A stretch of 64,000 nucleotides of DNA, taken from assembly GCA_001662655.1 (NCBI GenBank), contig KV460206.1. One strand, given 5' to 3'. The notes beneath the pieces were generated by a model, which did no database searches, had not been told where the DNA came from, and worked only from the letters and a program-made list of their open reading frames with translations. The position numbers were made by a program, and so were the translations under genes. The stretch is from Pseudogymnoascus verrucosus (lineage: Eukaryota). Positions 42,608 to 54,259 of this stretch are shown one piece after another. Positions within the stretch are counted from its first letter, which is position 1. Each line of letters opens with the position of its first letter.

Positions 42608-44563
42608 ATGCCCGACAAGCAGCTGCAGATGGCGACGTACGCCGCGGGCGCCTCGCTCGCGGCTATAACGCTGGTCTACGTCTTCGCCCCTACCTTCTTC
42701 ATCGACGGCGAGGCGGAGTCGTCGTCCAGCTCGCGGAAGCGCGGCGTTGTGGGTCTGCATAACCAGGCCAACGACTGCTTTATCAACTCGACGGTGCAGG
42801 CGCTCGCGGGTCTGGGAGACCTGAGGTTATACCTGATCCGCGAGACGCACCGGCGGGCGCTTGACGGGCCGGCGGTGTATAGGAATCTCGTTGAGGATCC
42901 GACGAGGAAGAATCTGGCGCCGTGGAAGATAGAGGGGCTGCAAGAGGGGCTGATTACGCAGGGATTGAAGGAGCTGCTGGATACGTTGAATGAGCGGCCT
43001 ATATACAAGAAGACGGCCAGTGCGTCGGGGTTTGTGAAGTGCCTTGAGGGCGCTTTCAGGCAGCGGATAAGCAGGCAGCAGCAGGATGCACAGGAGTTCT
43101 TGCAGATTGTTGCAGAGAGACTCTGTGATGAGTATCATGCTGGGAGACGGGCGAGAAAGCGGGCAGCAGAACTGGGCACAATTATTGTGGACGACGAAAC
43201 ACTCCAAAAACGGTTGACTACCCTTACACTTGAAGCTGCAGACGAGGAGGCATCGACAGTGGAGATATTGGATTCCGGCAAACAGCCAGAAATGGAGAAG
43301 CCGGAAATTACAAATTCGGAAAGTGTGGAATCTCCAACAAAGACGGAGTCTCCAACAACAAAAGCGGAAGTGGCACCGTCAGCTGGTGAAGGAGAGCCGG
43401 AGGAGGAATCCTTCCCCCTTGAAGGCGGATACGAGTCACAAATCGAATGCCTCACATGCGGCTTCAAGCCGAAACCCAACATCTCGACCTTCTGCACCCT
43501 CACCCTGAATGTCCCCGAACTACCCTCCACAACCCTCTCATCCTGCTTCGACGGGATCTTCAAAGTCGAATACATCGACGACTTCAAGTGCGAAAAGTGC
43601 CGCCTAATCCACGCCGTCGAGACCCTCCAAAAAGACCTCCAAAAATGCAAAGACGAAACCCTCGCCACCGAAACCACCAACATGATCGCCCGCATCAACG
43701 AAGCCATCGCCACCGACCCCGAAAACCCCGCCACGGACCTCACCCTCCCCGACCCCCGACACGCCCCAAAGCGCAAAATCAAGCGCCACATCCGCATCAC
43801 CTCCTTCCCCAAAGTCCTCGCCCTCCACCTCTCGCGCTCCATCTTCGAGGCGCGCGCCTCCACCAAAAACGCCGCAAAGGTCTCCTTCCCCGAGACCCTC
43901 CCCTTAGGCTCTATCATCGATCAGAGGCGCTATAAGCTCCTCGCCCTCGTGACTCACAAGGGCAGCCACAGTAGCGGACACTACGAGACTTTCCGTCGCC
44001 AGACCGTCGCTCCACCTTTTGCCAACCAAGGGCCATTTGGTCGCTCCGATGTATACAGTCGCACTGCCACGCCCGCGGCGTCCACGCCCCAACTCCGCGC
44101 TACCCCGATTCGACCACTCACGCCCGACGTCCCCTCGCCGCACCCAGCAGCTAGCTCAAGCTCCCTTACGGACTCGAATTCGCAGCCCACGACTGACCAT
44201 CTCACGACTGCGTCGGCGGAGACGGTAGCGAGCAGCGAGCCGAGTTCGTCGTCGTCGGCGCCGTCGCCGAGGGGGAGGGAGAAGGATGGTGAGGGGTCGT
44301 CGTTGAGGTCTGCGACGAGGGCGTCGCTGAGTAAGTTGTCTAAGAACATCTCGTCGTCGATGTCGAGGCCGGGGACGAGGGATGGGACGCCGGCGGGGGG
44401 GAAGGAGAATGAGAAGGTGGGGAGGGTGCAGGCGAGGAGGCAGAGGAAGGCGGCGGAGAGGTGGTGGAGGATTAGTGATGAGAGGGTTAAGGAGAGTAAG
44501 ACGTCTGAGGTGTTGGGGATGCAGAAGGAGGTGTATTTGTTGTTTTATGAGTTGATTAGGTGA
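42608..44563 (+). CDS. UBP16: Ubiquitin-specific protease with N-terminal membrane anchor (Ubp16/USP30-like), 651 aa
   Basis: TM 'YAAGASLAAITLVYVF', Cys box 'GLHNQANDCFINSTVQAL', 'QQDAQEFL', two CxxC, His box 'THKGSHSSGHY', 'WWRISDERV..YLLFYE'. Confidence 0.88.
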   Translation: MPDKQLQMATYAAGASLAAITLVYVFAPTFFIDGEAESSSSSRKRGVVGLHNQANDCFINSTVQALAGLGDLRLYLIRETHRRALDGPAVYRNLVEDPTRKNLAPWKIEGLQEGLITQGLKELLDTLNERPIYKKTASASGFVKCLEGAFRQRISRQQQDAQEFLQIVAERLCDEYHAGRRARKRAAELGTIIVDDETLQKRLTTLTLEAADEEASTVEILDSGKQPEMEKPEITNSESVESPTKTESPTTKAEVAPSAGEGEPEEESFPLEGGYESQIECLTCGFKPKPNISTFCTLTLNVPELPSTTLSSCFDGIFKVEYIDDFKCEKCRLIHAVETLQKDLQKCKDETLATETTNMIARINEAIATDPENPATDLTLPDPRHAPKRKIKRHIRITSFPKVLALHLSRSIFEARASTKNAAKVSFPETLPLGSIIDQRRYKLLALVTHKGSHSSGHYETFRRQTVAPPFANQGPFGRSDVYSRTATPAASTPQLRATPIRPLTPDVPSPHPAASSSSLTDSNSQPTTDHLTTASAETVASSEPSSSSSAPSPRGREKDGEGSSLRSATRASLSKLSKNISSSMSRPGTRDGTPAGGKENEKVGRVQARRQRKAAERWWRISDERVKESKTSEVLGMQKEVYLLFYELIR

Positions 44564-45048
44564 GGTGGGTGTGGGGGTTGTGGAGTTGGGGGGGGGGGGA
44601 TGGGGGGATTGTATATATGACAGGGGTTTGAGTCGGAGAGTTAGAAGTTAGATGGGCAGATGGGGAGGTTGAACGAAGGATAGATGCATCTTCAGACGGC
44701 GCACGCAGGGCGGCACACGGAGGTATAGGGAGCTAGAAGATGGCGGTTGGCGTTTATTCTATTCCGAACCGCTCGCTTAAACGACATTTATATACTACTA
44801 TAGCCCCTTATAACATCCAAGTCTAATATCATCAAAAAGCTGAAGGCAACAATTGTGTTTCCCATGTTCCACTGGACAGCCTGATGCAGCAGTGGCCGTT
44901 TGCGTAGAGCGCACCGAGAAGGGGGTGCAGAGCCTTCACTAACAAAATATGTTGTAATAAACTTATTTACGTAGCAGCACCGACTATGAGAAGAGAAGGC
45001 GACATAGGAAGAAAGCTCATAAGTGAGTCGGCGAGTTGACATTCCACA

Positions 45049-45998
45049 TCATTCCTTGGTCGCTAAGAACGGGCAAGACTCTGCGCCTCCTTCAGGAGCC
45101 ACATTCGTCTTGCCTGGTATGCCGTTCGGTGCAATCTGTCGAAACATCTCGAGCGGATCAAAGAAAGTTTCTATACTCTGGATTTGCATCGATGCGTTGA
45201 CACGGGCTATGGTGACACCCTGGATATCGATAGTTGCTCCATGTGCCGGGACCGTTACTTTTTCGCCCTTGCTATAATATTCGCATGTCAGAAGATGTCT
45301 CAAACAGGGATAGGAGATATCAATGGGTAAGAAACAACCCCCAGGGGAAATCGGAGTTCATACTCATTCAACGAAACATAATCCCTCTTCATCTCCCCCC
45401 AATGGCGCCACTTAAACGCCACCAGCGGCGGTCCACTATAAACCTCCAAAACCTCCCACGCAAACGCCGGCATCATGCGCTTGAACGTCTTATGCGAAGA
45501 CGAGAAGTCGGCGTGTTCCGGGCTGTAGAACTCGTTCGGTGCGATGATGGCGTTGTAGGTGCCGACGCTTAGCATGTGCTCGGCGGACTGGGGCGGGCCG
45601 CCGTTGACGGAGAAGGTGTAGTTGGATTGGTCGATGGTGCGCCAGTCGGAGATGGAGGTCTTGAAGCTGGCTTCGATTTCCCAGTTTTTTACGAGGTTCT
45701 CGACGAGGAAGGGGAGGCTGCCTGGTTCGTGGGTTTTGGTTTTGGCTAGAGAGGTGTTAGTTGTGCATAGCTTTATGTTGGTCTGGGTGGAGAGTTATGA
45801 TTGGGAGTAAATGATATATTCGAGAAAGCGGTTTCTAGACTTACTCTCGCCATATACCTTCCTGGTACCAGAGTAATCGGGAGGTTGACCATATCGCCAG
45901 TTGGCGCCAGTGTCGTTTAGAACCGCATTTGGATCCAAGAGATAGTCTGGCAACTCGGGGGCAGCAGCAGGAGGAGCTTCGACGTCGGTGGTAGCCAT
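45049..45998 (-). CDS. Pathogen-related protein family (NTF2/SnoaL-like fold); introns 45844-45746, 45363-45272
   Basis: 'WRYGQPPDYS', 'GSLPFLVENLVKNWEIEASFK', 'GTYNA', 'FAWEVLEVYSGPPLVAFKWRHWG', 'IETFFDP', 'CPF'. Confidence 0.85.
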
Positions 45999-48167
45999 AG
46001 CTCAGTCTTGAGTGCAATGCTAAGAAATATTCACAAAAACGAATCACGAAGAAGAGGCAATGATAGACAAGAGAAATGGAGGAAAGAAGAGAAAACGAAT
46101 GCCACCCACCCGAGAGCGAAATCAACCAACATCAGAAGCAACTGAAGCCCGCTCGGGGCTCCCGGATGATAAGCTGCAGCAGCAAGTAATCCCTGAACCA
46201 TTACGCATCCTCATTTGAGGGTACTATCATTGGTCCCATATGTAAACGTGCCTCACCAGCTATATCCCGCACAATCATCCATAGTACAGAGCCAAGATCC
46301 TCACCGAGATTCTCAGGCTCAACTCAAGCTCAAGCAAGGGATTTTGCTCCACTCGATTCAATATTAGCACCTGAGCCTACCGATAGGTAAGAAGGACTGA
46401 GTGAAGGTTGTCCTGCTCGACACTGATCCCAGTGAGTCCTAAATCTATATGTGTATGCTCGGTTCGCCGACATATTCCCTAGTTTCTCAGCCCCCAACAC
46501 AATCCATGCTCGGAGAATATACCTCGGACAATAACCCGCTATCCCTCCAGGATACCTCATCACCACACCTCACCACATCTACAAGACCCATCGACGACCT
46601 TCTCAAAGCACGCTCATCCCCTCAGGATCCCTACTATTCTTCCCTGACATACAATCTTACATGAAACACCACAGCAGCTCGCAGCGGCAGACATCGCTAC
46701 TGCCTTGAATCTGGCGAATGTTCTGGATTCTCCATTGCCCTCCCCCCTGCCTTGCTCCACGGTGGTAATGAGAAGCGCTGGAGTGAGTGGCCCGCTAGAT
46801 CTTCGTCGCTAAGGATGATCCTCTTAGGCGCATGGTTTAGGACGCTACTGCACGTGTTTTTCTGGCGCTACTGCAGGGCGAGCGTTCGTACGGCGATAAG
46901 CGGAGGGTTTGGAAATGTTATGCCTGGGCGCTTGACTGAGGGGTTGTTGTTGAAGCGTCGGGAAGGTTGTTGGGTTATGTTGATGGAGTTGGCAGTGCTT
47001 TATATGTAGTCTTCCCACTGACATTGCAAAGCTTGATTAGTTAATGGCTCATTCATGTGATGCCGACAGGCCTGATTTGTGTGTGTGATGCAAGTGAGGA
47101 ACACAGCTTAGTTAGTTGACTTCCAGTACGACGTTACAAAGGACCGTATACCTCTTCAGCTTCATTGCATTGTGCAACATTACCGATAGCATTCAATTAC
47201 AACAAACCATAGAAACTCTGCAGTCCTTTACAGTCACATACTCAGTCACAGTCACGTAGTAAAAAAGCCAAAAGTCAAAATCCATCAGATCACTCAGTCC
47301 ATTGCTCATAACCCCCCAACTAAATATCTCAAGCCCCCCCTCACTCCCTCCCCGAAAAAAAGACAATTTCAACTCCCCCCAAAAACCACAGAAAAAAACT
47401 ATGGTCTCTCCTCCCGCCATTGCCCCTGCCCTTTCCCCAAAAGCAAAACGCAGATTTTAACCGCCTCCCCCCCCCTTCCCTTCCCTTTCCCGGAATTCCC
47501 ATCCAGCATCCAGCGAAACAAAATTACCGGTGTGCGCGAGACACAAATTTCGTTGTCTGAAGGACAAAGTGCGCGAGAGCAAAATAACATCCGAAGAAGA
47601 AGTCGAAAAAAACCGCAAAACCCGTGCGGGGAGGAGCAAAAAATCGAGGTCCCTAGAGGAGGGAGGGCGGGAGGAAGAGCGAGCGCGAAAGATTCCTTTT
47701 CAGGCGGGAGCCGAACCGGGCGGGACTGGAGCGAAGCAGAAGAGGTTCCAGCGCAAATTATCTTCAAAGAAAACAAATTCTCCTGATGGAGGGGAAGTTC
47801 CTTCTGGGAGCTGGCAATTTTGTGATGGACGTTGGTACTAGTAGTGACAAAATTACAGATTTTTGGATGGTTTGCTTCGTAGGCTGTGCGTCCTTTCTTG
47901 CGCGTGCGCGCGCGCGACGTTGGAAAACAAAAAGCGGAGGTGGTTTGGGGTACGTCCCCTTTATTGCGATAAAAACCCGGAACGATTGGGGAACAAAATA
48001 ACTTCTTTGGAAAAAAGGCGGAAAACAGATAACATTGATGGTAATACACACAGATCTGGAGTGGGCCGTTGAAATCAGGAACACGGGTTCCAACGCAAAT
48101 GTGTTGCGTTGGAAGCCGCGCCTGAAATATTCAATGGCTTCCTAGATCGAAGGTAGGTGATGGTCAC

Positions 48168-51129
48168 CTAATGTTGGTAGTTGTTGCCCCAGCCGCCGCG
48201 CTGCTGCTGGTTGTTGCCGTAGTAGCTACCGGTGAAGCCTTGGCCCTGGCCGTAGCCGCCGGCGCCGCCGTACTGGCTGCTCTGGTGGCCCTGGCCTGCA
48301 GCCTGGTGAGCGCCGAGCCCACCAAGAGCACCGTACTGGCTGCCGGTCTGGGCGCCGTGAGCGGTGTGCTGCTGCTGCTGCAAGTGGCTAGGGTATCCAC
48401 CGTAGCTCTGCTGCGAGGACTGCGGGGGTGGCAGAGTGGACTGGCCCGGTGCAGTGTTTGCTGCTGATCCGGGGCGAGCGGCCTGCGCGGTCGAAGGAGC
48501 GGGACCATTGGCCGACTTCGCATCTCCGAACGACTTCAGGTCGTCACCGGCGCCCTGCTGGCTGCCCTGTCCGTATTGCTGACCCTGGCCCTGGTAAGAG
48601 GAGTTTCTTCCGAAGGCATCAAAGCCGCCGCTGGCCCCGAGGGGCTGGGCTGCCTGGGACTGCTGGGAGCCACCACGGCCATATTCGTTAAGTCCACCTC
48701 CGACAGCGCTCTCACGGCCGTGAAGCGATGACTGGGAGAAGGCTCCGGCAGCGGCAGGAGACGACGCGTGGTCGTACGGGGCCTGAGGAGACATGCCATA
48801 CTGGTGGGGCTGGTTGTACATGCCACCCTTTCCGCCGTATGGGCCAGCACCGTAGCTACCCTGACCGTAGCCTTGCTGGTAGTTGGTCATGTACGCAGCG
48901 TAATAGGGGCTGGAGTAGTATGGGTTTCCATATGGGTACTGAGCACCTGGCTGTCCCTGCGGCTGGGAAGGATGAGCTTGCTGAGCTTGAGTAGTCTGAG
49001 CAGCCTGCTGGGCCTGCGCGACTGGGTTGGGGGTAGTGTGTCCGCTGGTCTGGGCCTCACCAGCCGTGGCGTATCTGGACTGTGTCTGCTGGGCAGAAGA
49101 TTGGGGGAAAGGAGAGGCGGTGTCGGTTGGCGGGGCGTTGTATCCGCTGAAAGCGCGCTGCTGAGTGGATGGACCTTCCTGGGTCTGGGCACTCTGCTGC
49201 TGGCCGTACTGCTGGCCGTAGTAGTTTTGATACGCATGGCGTTGCTGGTCTGCGGTGTAATATTGCGAGTATTCGCTAGGGGCAGATGAGAAGGCACCAG
49301 CCTGGGCCTGGGTTTGTGCCTGGTTTGGCTGGTTGGGGTAGCCTTCGTACTGGCTTGCAGTGGCTGGGGCTTGCTGGCTGAATGGGTCGTATGGCTTCTG
49401 GCCAAAGGCGGATTGCTCCTGTCCGGCAGGTTGCCCGTAACGGCCATACTGCGAGTATTGGCCACCTTGGGAGCCCTGCTGAGACATGGACTGTGCGCCC
49501 GGGAGGGGCGTAGGGAGACCAGGGGCGGCAACTGGGTGTGGTGCAGAAGGGAGGCCTTGGGGTTCCTTTGCGGTAGGAAGGCCCTCGGCGGCCGCCTGTG
49601 CGGGTGCCGGTGGCAGAGAAGCCCTTGGGTGGGCAATTGGGGAGTGCTGGGGAGGCTGGGCACGTGTCTCTGGCTCCTCACGGTCGCCATCAACATCTTC
49701 CTCGCCTGCACCTCCCAAGCTGAAAGCGCCGAATTGAACCGCAGCACGGTCAACCTCGCGGTTGCCTGGCATACGGACGGCTTCTTCCTGGTCGAGAACG
49801 CGACGCTGGTAGCTTGCAACGCGTGGTGCTGGGCCGGTAGCCTTCATAGCCGAAGCCGCAAAGCCACTGGTTGTCGGGCGTGCAGCAGCGGGTTGTCCCT
49901 GGAGACCCGAGTATGGTGTTCCGCTTGTGGCTCCGCTGCGAGGATCCCATGAGCTCGCAGCGGTACTCGCAACCGTTGCAGATGGTGGAGGTCCCGACTC
50001 GTCCAAGACTTGCTCCAAGTTTGTCTCCGTAAGTTCGTCCTTAGATGGTGGAAGTGCAGCATCCGCCTCGACCGGTGGAGCCTCAGCTGCTGGTGCCTCC
50101 TCTTGAACGGGCTCTTTGGCCGCAACCACTGGTTCGGCAACTTCAGCCTTGGGTGTTTCTTCGGTAGCTTCAGGCTCAACTGGTGCTTCGGGTGCAACCT
50201 TCTCTGGAACCCTGTGCAATTAAGTTAGCAGTATTCAATGTATAGCTGTGAGAATGTAGCCTACTTCTCTACTGGAGCCTTCTTCTCCACTGGCTTTGGC
50301 GCGGGCTCAGCCTTGAACATGCTCGCCCAGGTCCTCTTTCCATCTGGGACTACGGTCGATACAACGGCCTTCGCGATGTCAGCTGCACCTCCCCACGACT
50401 CCTCAGGCTTAGTATCGTCCGATGGAGCCTCCTTGGCCGAAGCGTTCCAGACAACCGACTGGTCAGTTGGAACCGAAAGAGGAGCGGCTGGCTTTGTGTG
50501 TGTGCCATTTGTCTGGACGGTTGCCGCACCGCGACCTCTACCACCACGAGCACGCTCGCTGCTGCCACGTCCACGGCCACCGCGTCCACTATCCGCGCCG
50601 CTTCGTGCAGCGCGTGGCGCATTACCGGAGTCGGTGTGGATGTTCGCGGCAGTCTCCTTGACCTTGGACTTCGATCGGTCCTTCTTGGCCTTCGATACCT
50701 CTCCCCACTGTGTGATCGTGCCTAACCAACACGTCAGCATCTCCATTCTCAACACCCTCAACCGCAGCACGAAAATATCATCGCCGGGTGAAGTCGATGG
50801 ACACGAAGTCACTTACCATCAGTAATCCTCTCTACTGCAAGCTCTAGATCGCCTCCGGTCTCTTGCAGAGCAAACACGACATCCTCATCTGTCCAGTCTG
50901 GGTACATCTCCTTGATGGTGGCGACCTTGGTACCGTACTGCTTCTTCAACAGACCGACGCCTGCATCACCTTCAATTGATGGCGCTGATGCGCTGTCTAG
51001 CCTGTCGCCGTTGGTTGCGTGACTTCTTCCACCACGACCGGCGCCGCCTCTCGAGCCAAAACCGGCCCTGCCACCGCGCGAAGCGCCTCTGCCTCGCGGC
51101 GCAGATGGTCTTGATTGTACCTCAGACAT
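48168..51129 (-). CDS. DEF1: Def1-like RNA polymerase II degradation factor (CUE/UBA-like domain plus Q/G/Y-rich tail); introns 50816-50722, 50264-50212, ~937 aa
   Basis: RGG-rich N-terminus, 'IKEMYPDWTDEDVVFALQETGGDLELAVERITDG|TITQWGEVSK', 'TWASMFK', 'EAVRMPG..VQFGAF', long Q/G/Y/S low-complexity C-terminus. Confidence 0.85.
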
Positions 51130-52267
51130 GGTATGAGGTTGTGTGTATTGACAGGCAAAGTGGGTTTTTGGTTTACACTGTCAGGAAGGTTGTTGTATTT
51201 CGGGAGAAGGATGTTGGTTGTGGAATAAAGAGGTTACGAAGATGTTCGCGTAGGGGTTGATGAAAGAATCAGGTAAGTACTGTGTAAAGTTAGGTAGAGA
51301 GAGGGAAGAGCTAAGGATCCCGTCTCGCCTGAGCCTCAGAAACAGCCCCCAGCAGCCAGCAAACGTGATAGATCGCATGTGGAAAGAACGCGAAAAAACG
51401 CGAAAGGGAGAGGGGATTCGGGAATTAAAGAATAGCCAGTTTTGAAGGCAGAGTTTATATCTATATTACAGTATACTACATAGTAAAAGAAGTGAAAAAT
51501 GAAGCCATGGAGAGTACCTCTTCATTCCACCGAGGGCGAATTTCTGTTACTGTGCACTGTTGTACTCTACATCACTGTACAGCCCAAAGTTGACGCTAAG
51601 CCTAAAAAGAACAAAGACTCAGAAATATTTCTGCTCTAAGCCTCCTGACGCACTAAATGCGGATGTAGCACGTGACTGGCCGAGGTGAGTGGCTGTTGTG
51701 GTCCAGTGAGGTAATGGGGATAATGGGGATAATGGGCATAGAATGTACGGATGCAGCTGCTTTCTCAGGGGTGCAATATATCTGGTGTTAGGTATAATCG
51801 ACCTATCGGAATATTATCATCTATTACTGTGCCTTGCTGGGTCTCAGTTGTCAAAAAATGTAAGAACCTAAGGTTATCGGATTGTTACACCTCAGCTTCA
51901 TTCTTCATATGCTTATATGGTGGTGGTAGTGGTGGTGGGTGGGTGGGGCGAAAGGATAATCCGGATACCACCACACTACTACTGTGTTACTCCGCTTCAT
52001 ACGCTTCACACGCTTCATAATCACCCTCTTCTGCCTGGACAATACTCGAATACTCCAACAACAGCCAGCCAATTCCTCCTCTCTCGAAGCGTTTATATAC
52101 GGACACATTCCCAACAACCTCGACACTTTGGAAGCGAGGCAATAGAAAGACGTGGCAGCCTCAACTGGGTTGCTGGCTCCATCTACCCTCCGCGGGCATC
52201 GCCCAACTTGAACACACTCAACCCACTATACACCGCAATCCAGCATACACCACCAGCGTAAACCACA

Positions 52268-53662
52268 ATGGTTCAACCCTCACCCCATCTCCTGCTACGC
52301 CCAGCAGCAACACTGGCGGCAAACTTCAACATCTTCGCACATCCCAAGGTCCCGTTGACCCCGAATGAATCGAGGCAACTGCTCAAGGCCCTGACGACTT
52401 CCTTTCGGAGACAACTCGCCGAAGAGCACGATACCAGAACACCGAATCCTGTACACACCGTCTCGGCATCAACAGCCACTACTACTCTGAGCTCGAGTTC
52501 TCCGAAGAAGCGCCCGGCACGGCCAAATGTGACTCCCACCGACCGCCATTTACATGATGTGCTCAGCAACCCTCTCCTCTCGTTCCAGCCACCCCCGACG
52601 CGGACGGGTCAGAGAGACCCTATGGACGTGTTTGAGGAAGCGTGCGCGAGAGGCTATATGAATATTGCCCGGGCAAGAGCCTGTCTACAGGGTAAAAGGA
52701 CTTCATTTGGAGAATCGCTAGAAGAGCAGCGGGCAGGGATGAAGACCTCAGGTGCGGGGTCGAAGGTTTTACAGTGGCTATTGTCGACCGGGGCAGAGAG
52801 TGATGCCGCATGGCTACAGCCAAATAGTGGAGGATCTGCATGGAAGAAGGATATCATCATTGACTTCCTTGTTCTCGAGGGCAAGCATGAGGCCCTCTGG
52901 GAGCTTTTCGGGCGTTATGCGGCTCTAAATGCTCGCGACGGGCAGAATTTCTTGTTCCAACTAAGCAGGAGCATGGCCCAGAATATATCCGTGGATGCCG
53001 GGCTTGAAAGCGTGGTCAGAGCCAACGAGATTCTTATCAAAGCAGAAACACCATTGGCAGACCGCTTAAGAATATTGAACCCCGCTATTTCTCTCTTGGT
53101 CAACTATGTCAAGAACACCACGTCAGAGAATGTTCAACAATCACCAGCACTTTTCGATGCATTCATAGGCGCCGTCCAGACATTACCTAGCCGAAGCACA
53201 GTCTCAAAGTCAAATCTATTCATACCACAACTCTACCTACGCCATCCAACAAACCCCGACGCAAAGCCCGCCCTCCGCTACCTCGAGAGCCTCAACGAGG
53301 CCTCATCCGAGCACCTCCTCCAAGCGACGAAAGTGCTTTCAAACTCGTTAGCCTCACTAGCTCTCGACACAGCCAAGCAACTAATAGTAACCGAACAATT
53401 CGACGACGCTCGTTGGGTGCTGGGTTTTGTCCAGAAGACATACCCAGAGCTCAACCAAGGCGATTCCCAGCCTGAAACCAAACCCAGCCAGAGCGCGAAG
53501 GCAATGGAGTTACTGGGTTTCGTGAAGCAGAGGTACGCGGAGCTCAAGGTGCCGCCGGTGAAGATGAAGAAGGTTGGGAAGACCACGTCTGTGCAGGAGG
53601 AGGATGATATCGCGAGCGTGGAAGAGCTGGATAGATTGGACTTGGGCCTGTCGAGCTCATGA
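52268..53662 (+). CDS. Hypothetical 464-aa protein, possibly mitochondrial and alpha-helical
   Basis: Single-exon ORF with an acid-free N-terminus, 'PLTPNESRQLLKALTTSFRRQL' and 'LYLRHPTNPDAKPALRYL'; no family confidently recognised. Confidence 0.7.
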   Translation: MVQPSPHLLLRPAATLAANFNIFAHPKVPLTPNESRQLLKALTTSFRRQLAEEHDTRTPNPVHTVSASTATTTLSSSSPKKRPARPNVTPTDRHLHDVLSNPLLSFQPPPTRTGQRDPMDVFEEACARGYMNIARARACLQGKRTSFGESLEEQRAGMKTSGAGSKVLQWLLSTGAESDAAWLQPNSGGSAWKKDIIIDFLVLEGKHEALWELFGRYAALNARDGQNFLFQLSRSMAQNISVDAGLESVVRANEILIKAETPLADRLRILNPAISLLVNYVKNTTSENVQQSPALFDAFIGAVQTLPSRSTVSKSNLFIPQLYLRHPTNPDAKPALRYLESLNEASSEHLLQATKVLSNSLASLALDTAKQLIVTEQFDDARWVLGFVQKTYPELNQGDSQPETKPSQSAKAMELLGFVKQRYAELKVPPVKMKKVGKTTSVQEEDDIASVEELDRLDLGLSSS

Positions 53663-54259
53663 GAGCGAGCGTCCTCTTCAGATTTACGAAAGTCACGCTT
53701 ATGTCCTGTTCCCAATTGCGCTCCATACCTACCTACCTACCATTTCCTCTAGAGATACCCCATACCATAACTTAGCCAATACAACCCCACAAATTCCAAG
53801 TACTACTGTACCTACTTACTATGCATGCTTTAGACCAACTTTCAAGATTCGGAATGGGGGAGGCTGATCCCCTTCCGCATCAGGAATCGCTGTGATCGTG
53901 CCTGGCACGGCAATCGGATCATACGCCCATCTACTGGCTATGGGCGACCACAACGAGCGCGTCAGACCCTGACGTCACACCCCGGACTCGCACCCTCTCT
54001 GTTCTCACAATCGCACACACACCCATCCCATCCCCAGCCCATCTCTTTCTCTCTACATAATATATTAAAAACGAACCACACACACACGGTCAATTGAACA
54101 ACCTTGCATATCTCCAACCTACGATCATCGTTCAAAAATCAACATCAGTTCTCAAGAAAGCTCAGCTACCACCGCAGCTTTTATACCGTTATTCAATTGC
54201 TTCCATTGCGAATCGCTGGAGGTTTATAAGGGACTGTAATTACGTCATATCAATCCAAG

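Noticed and set aside
47399..48093. Overlapping 70-216 aa ORFs downstream of DEF1
   Set aside because: Homopolymer-rich sequence consistent with the DEF1 3' UTR or intergenic DNA; no coding bias or motifs.
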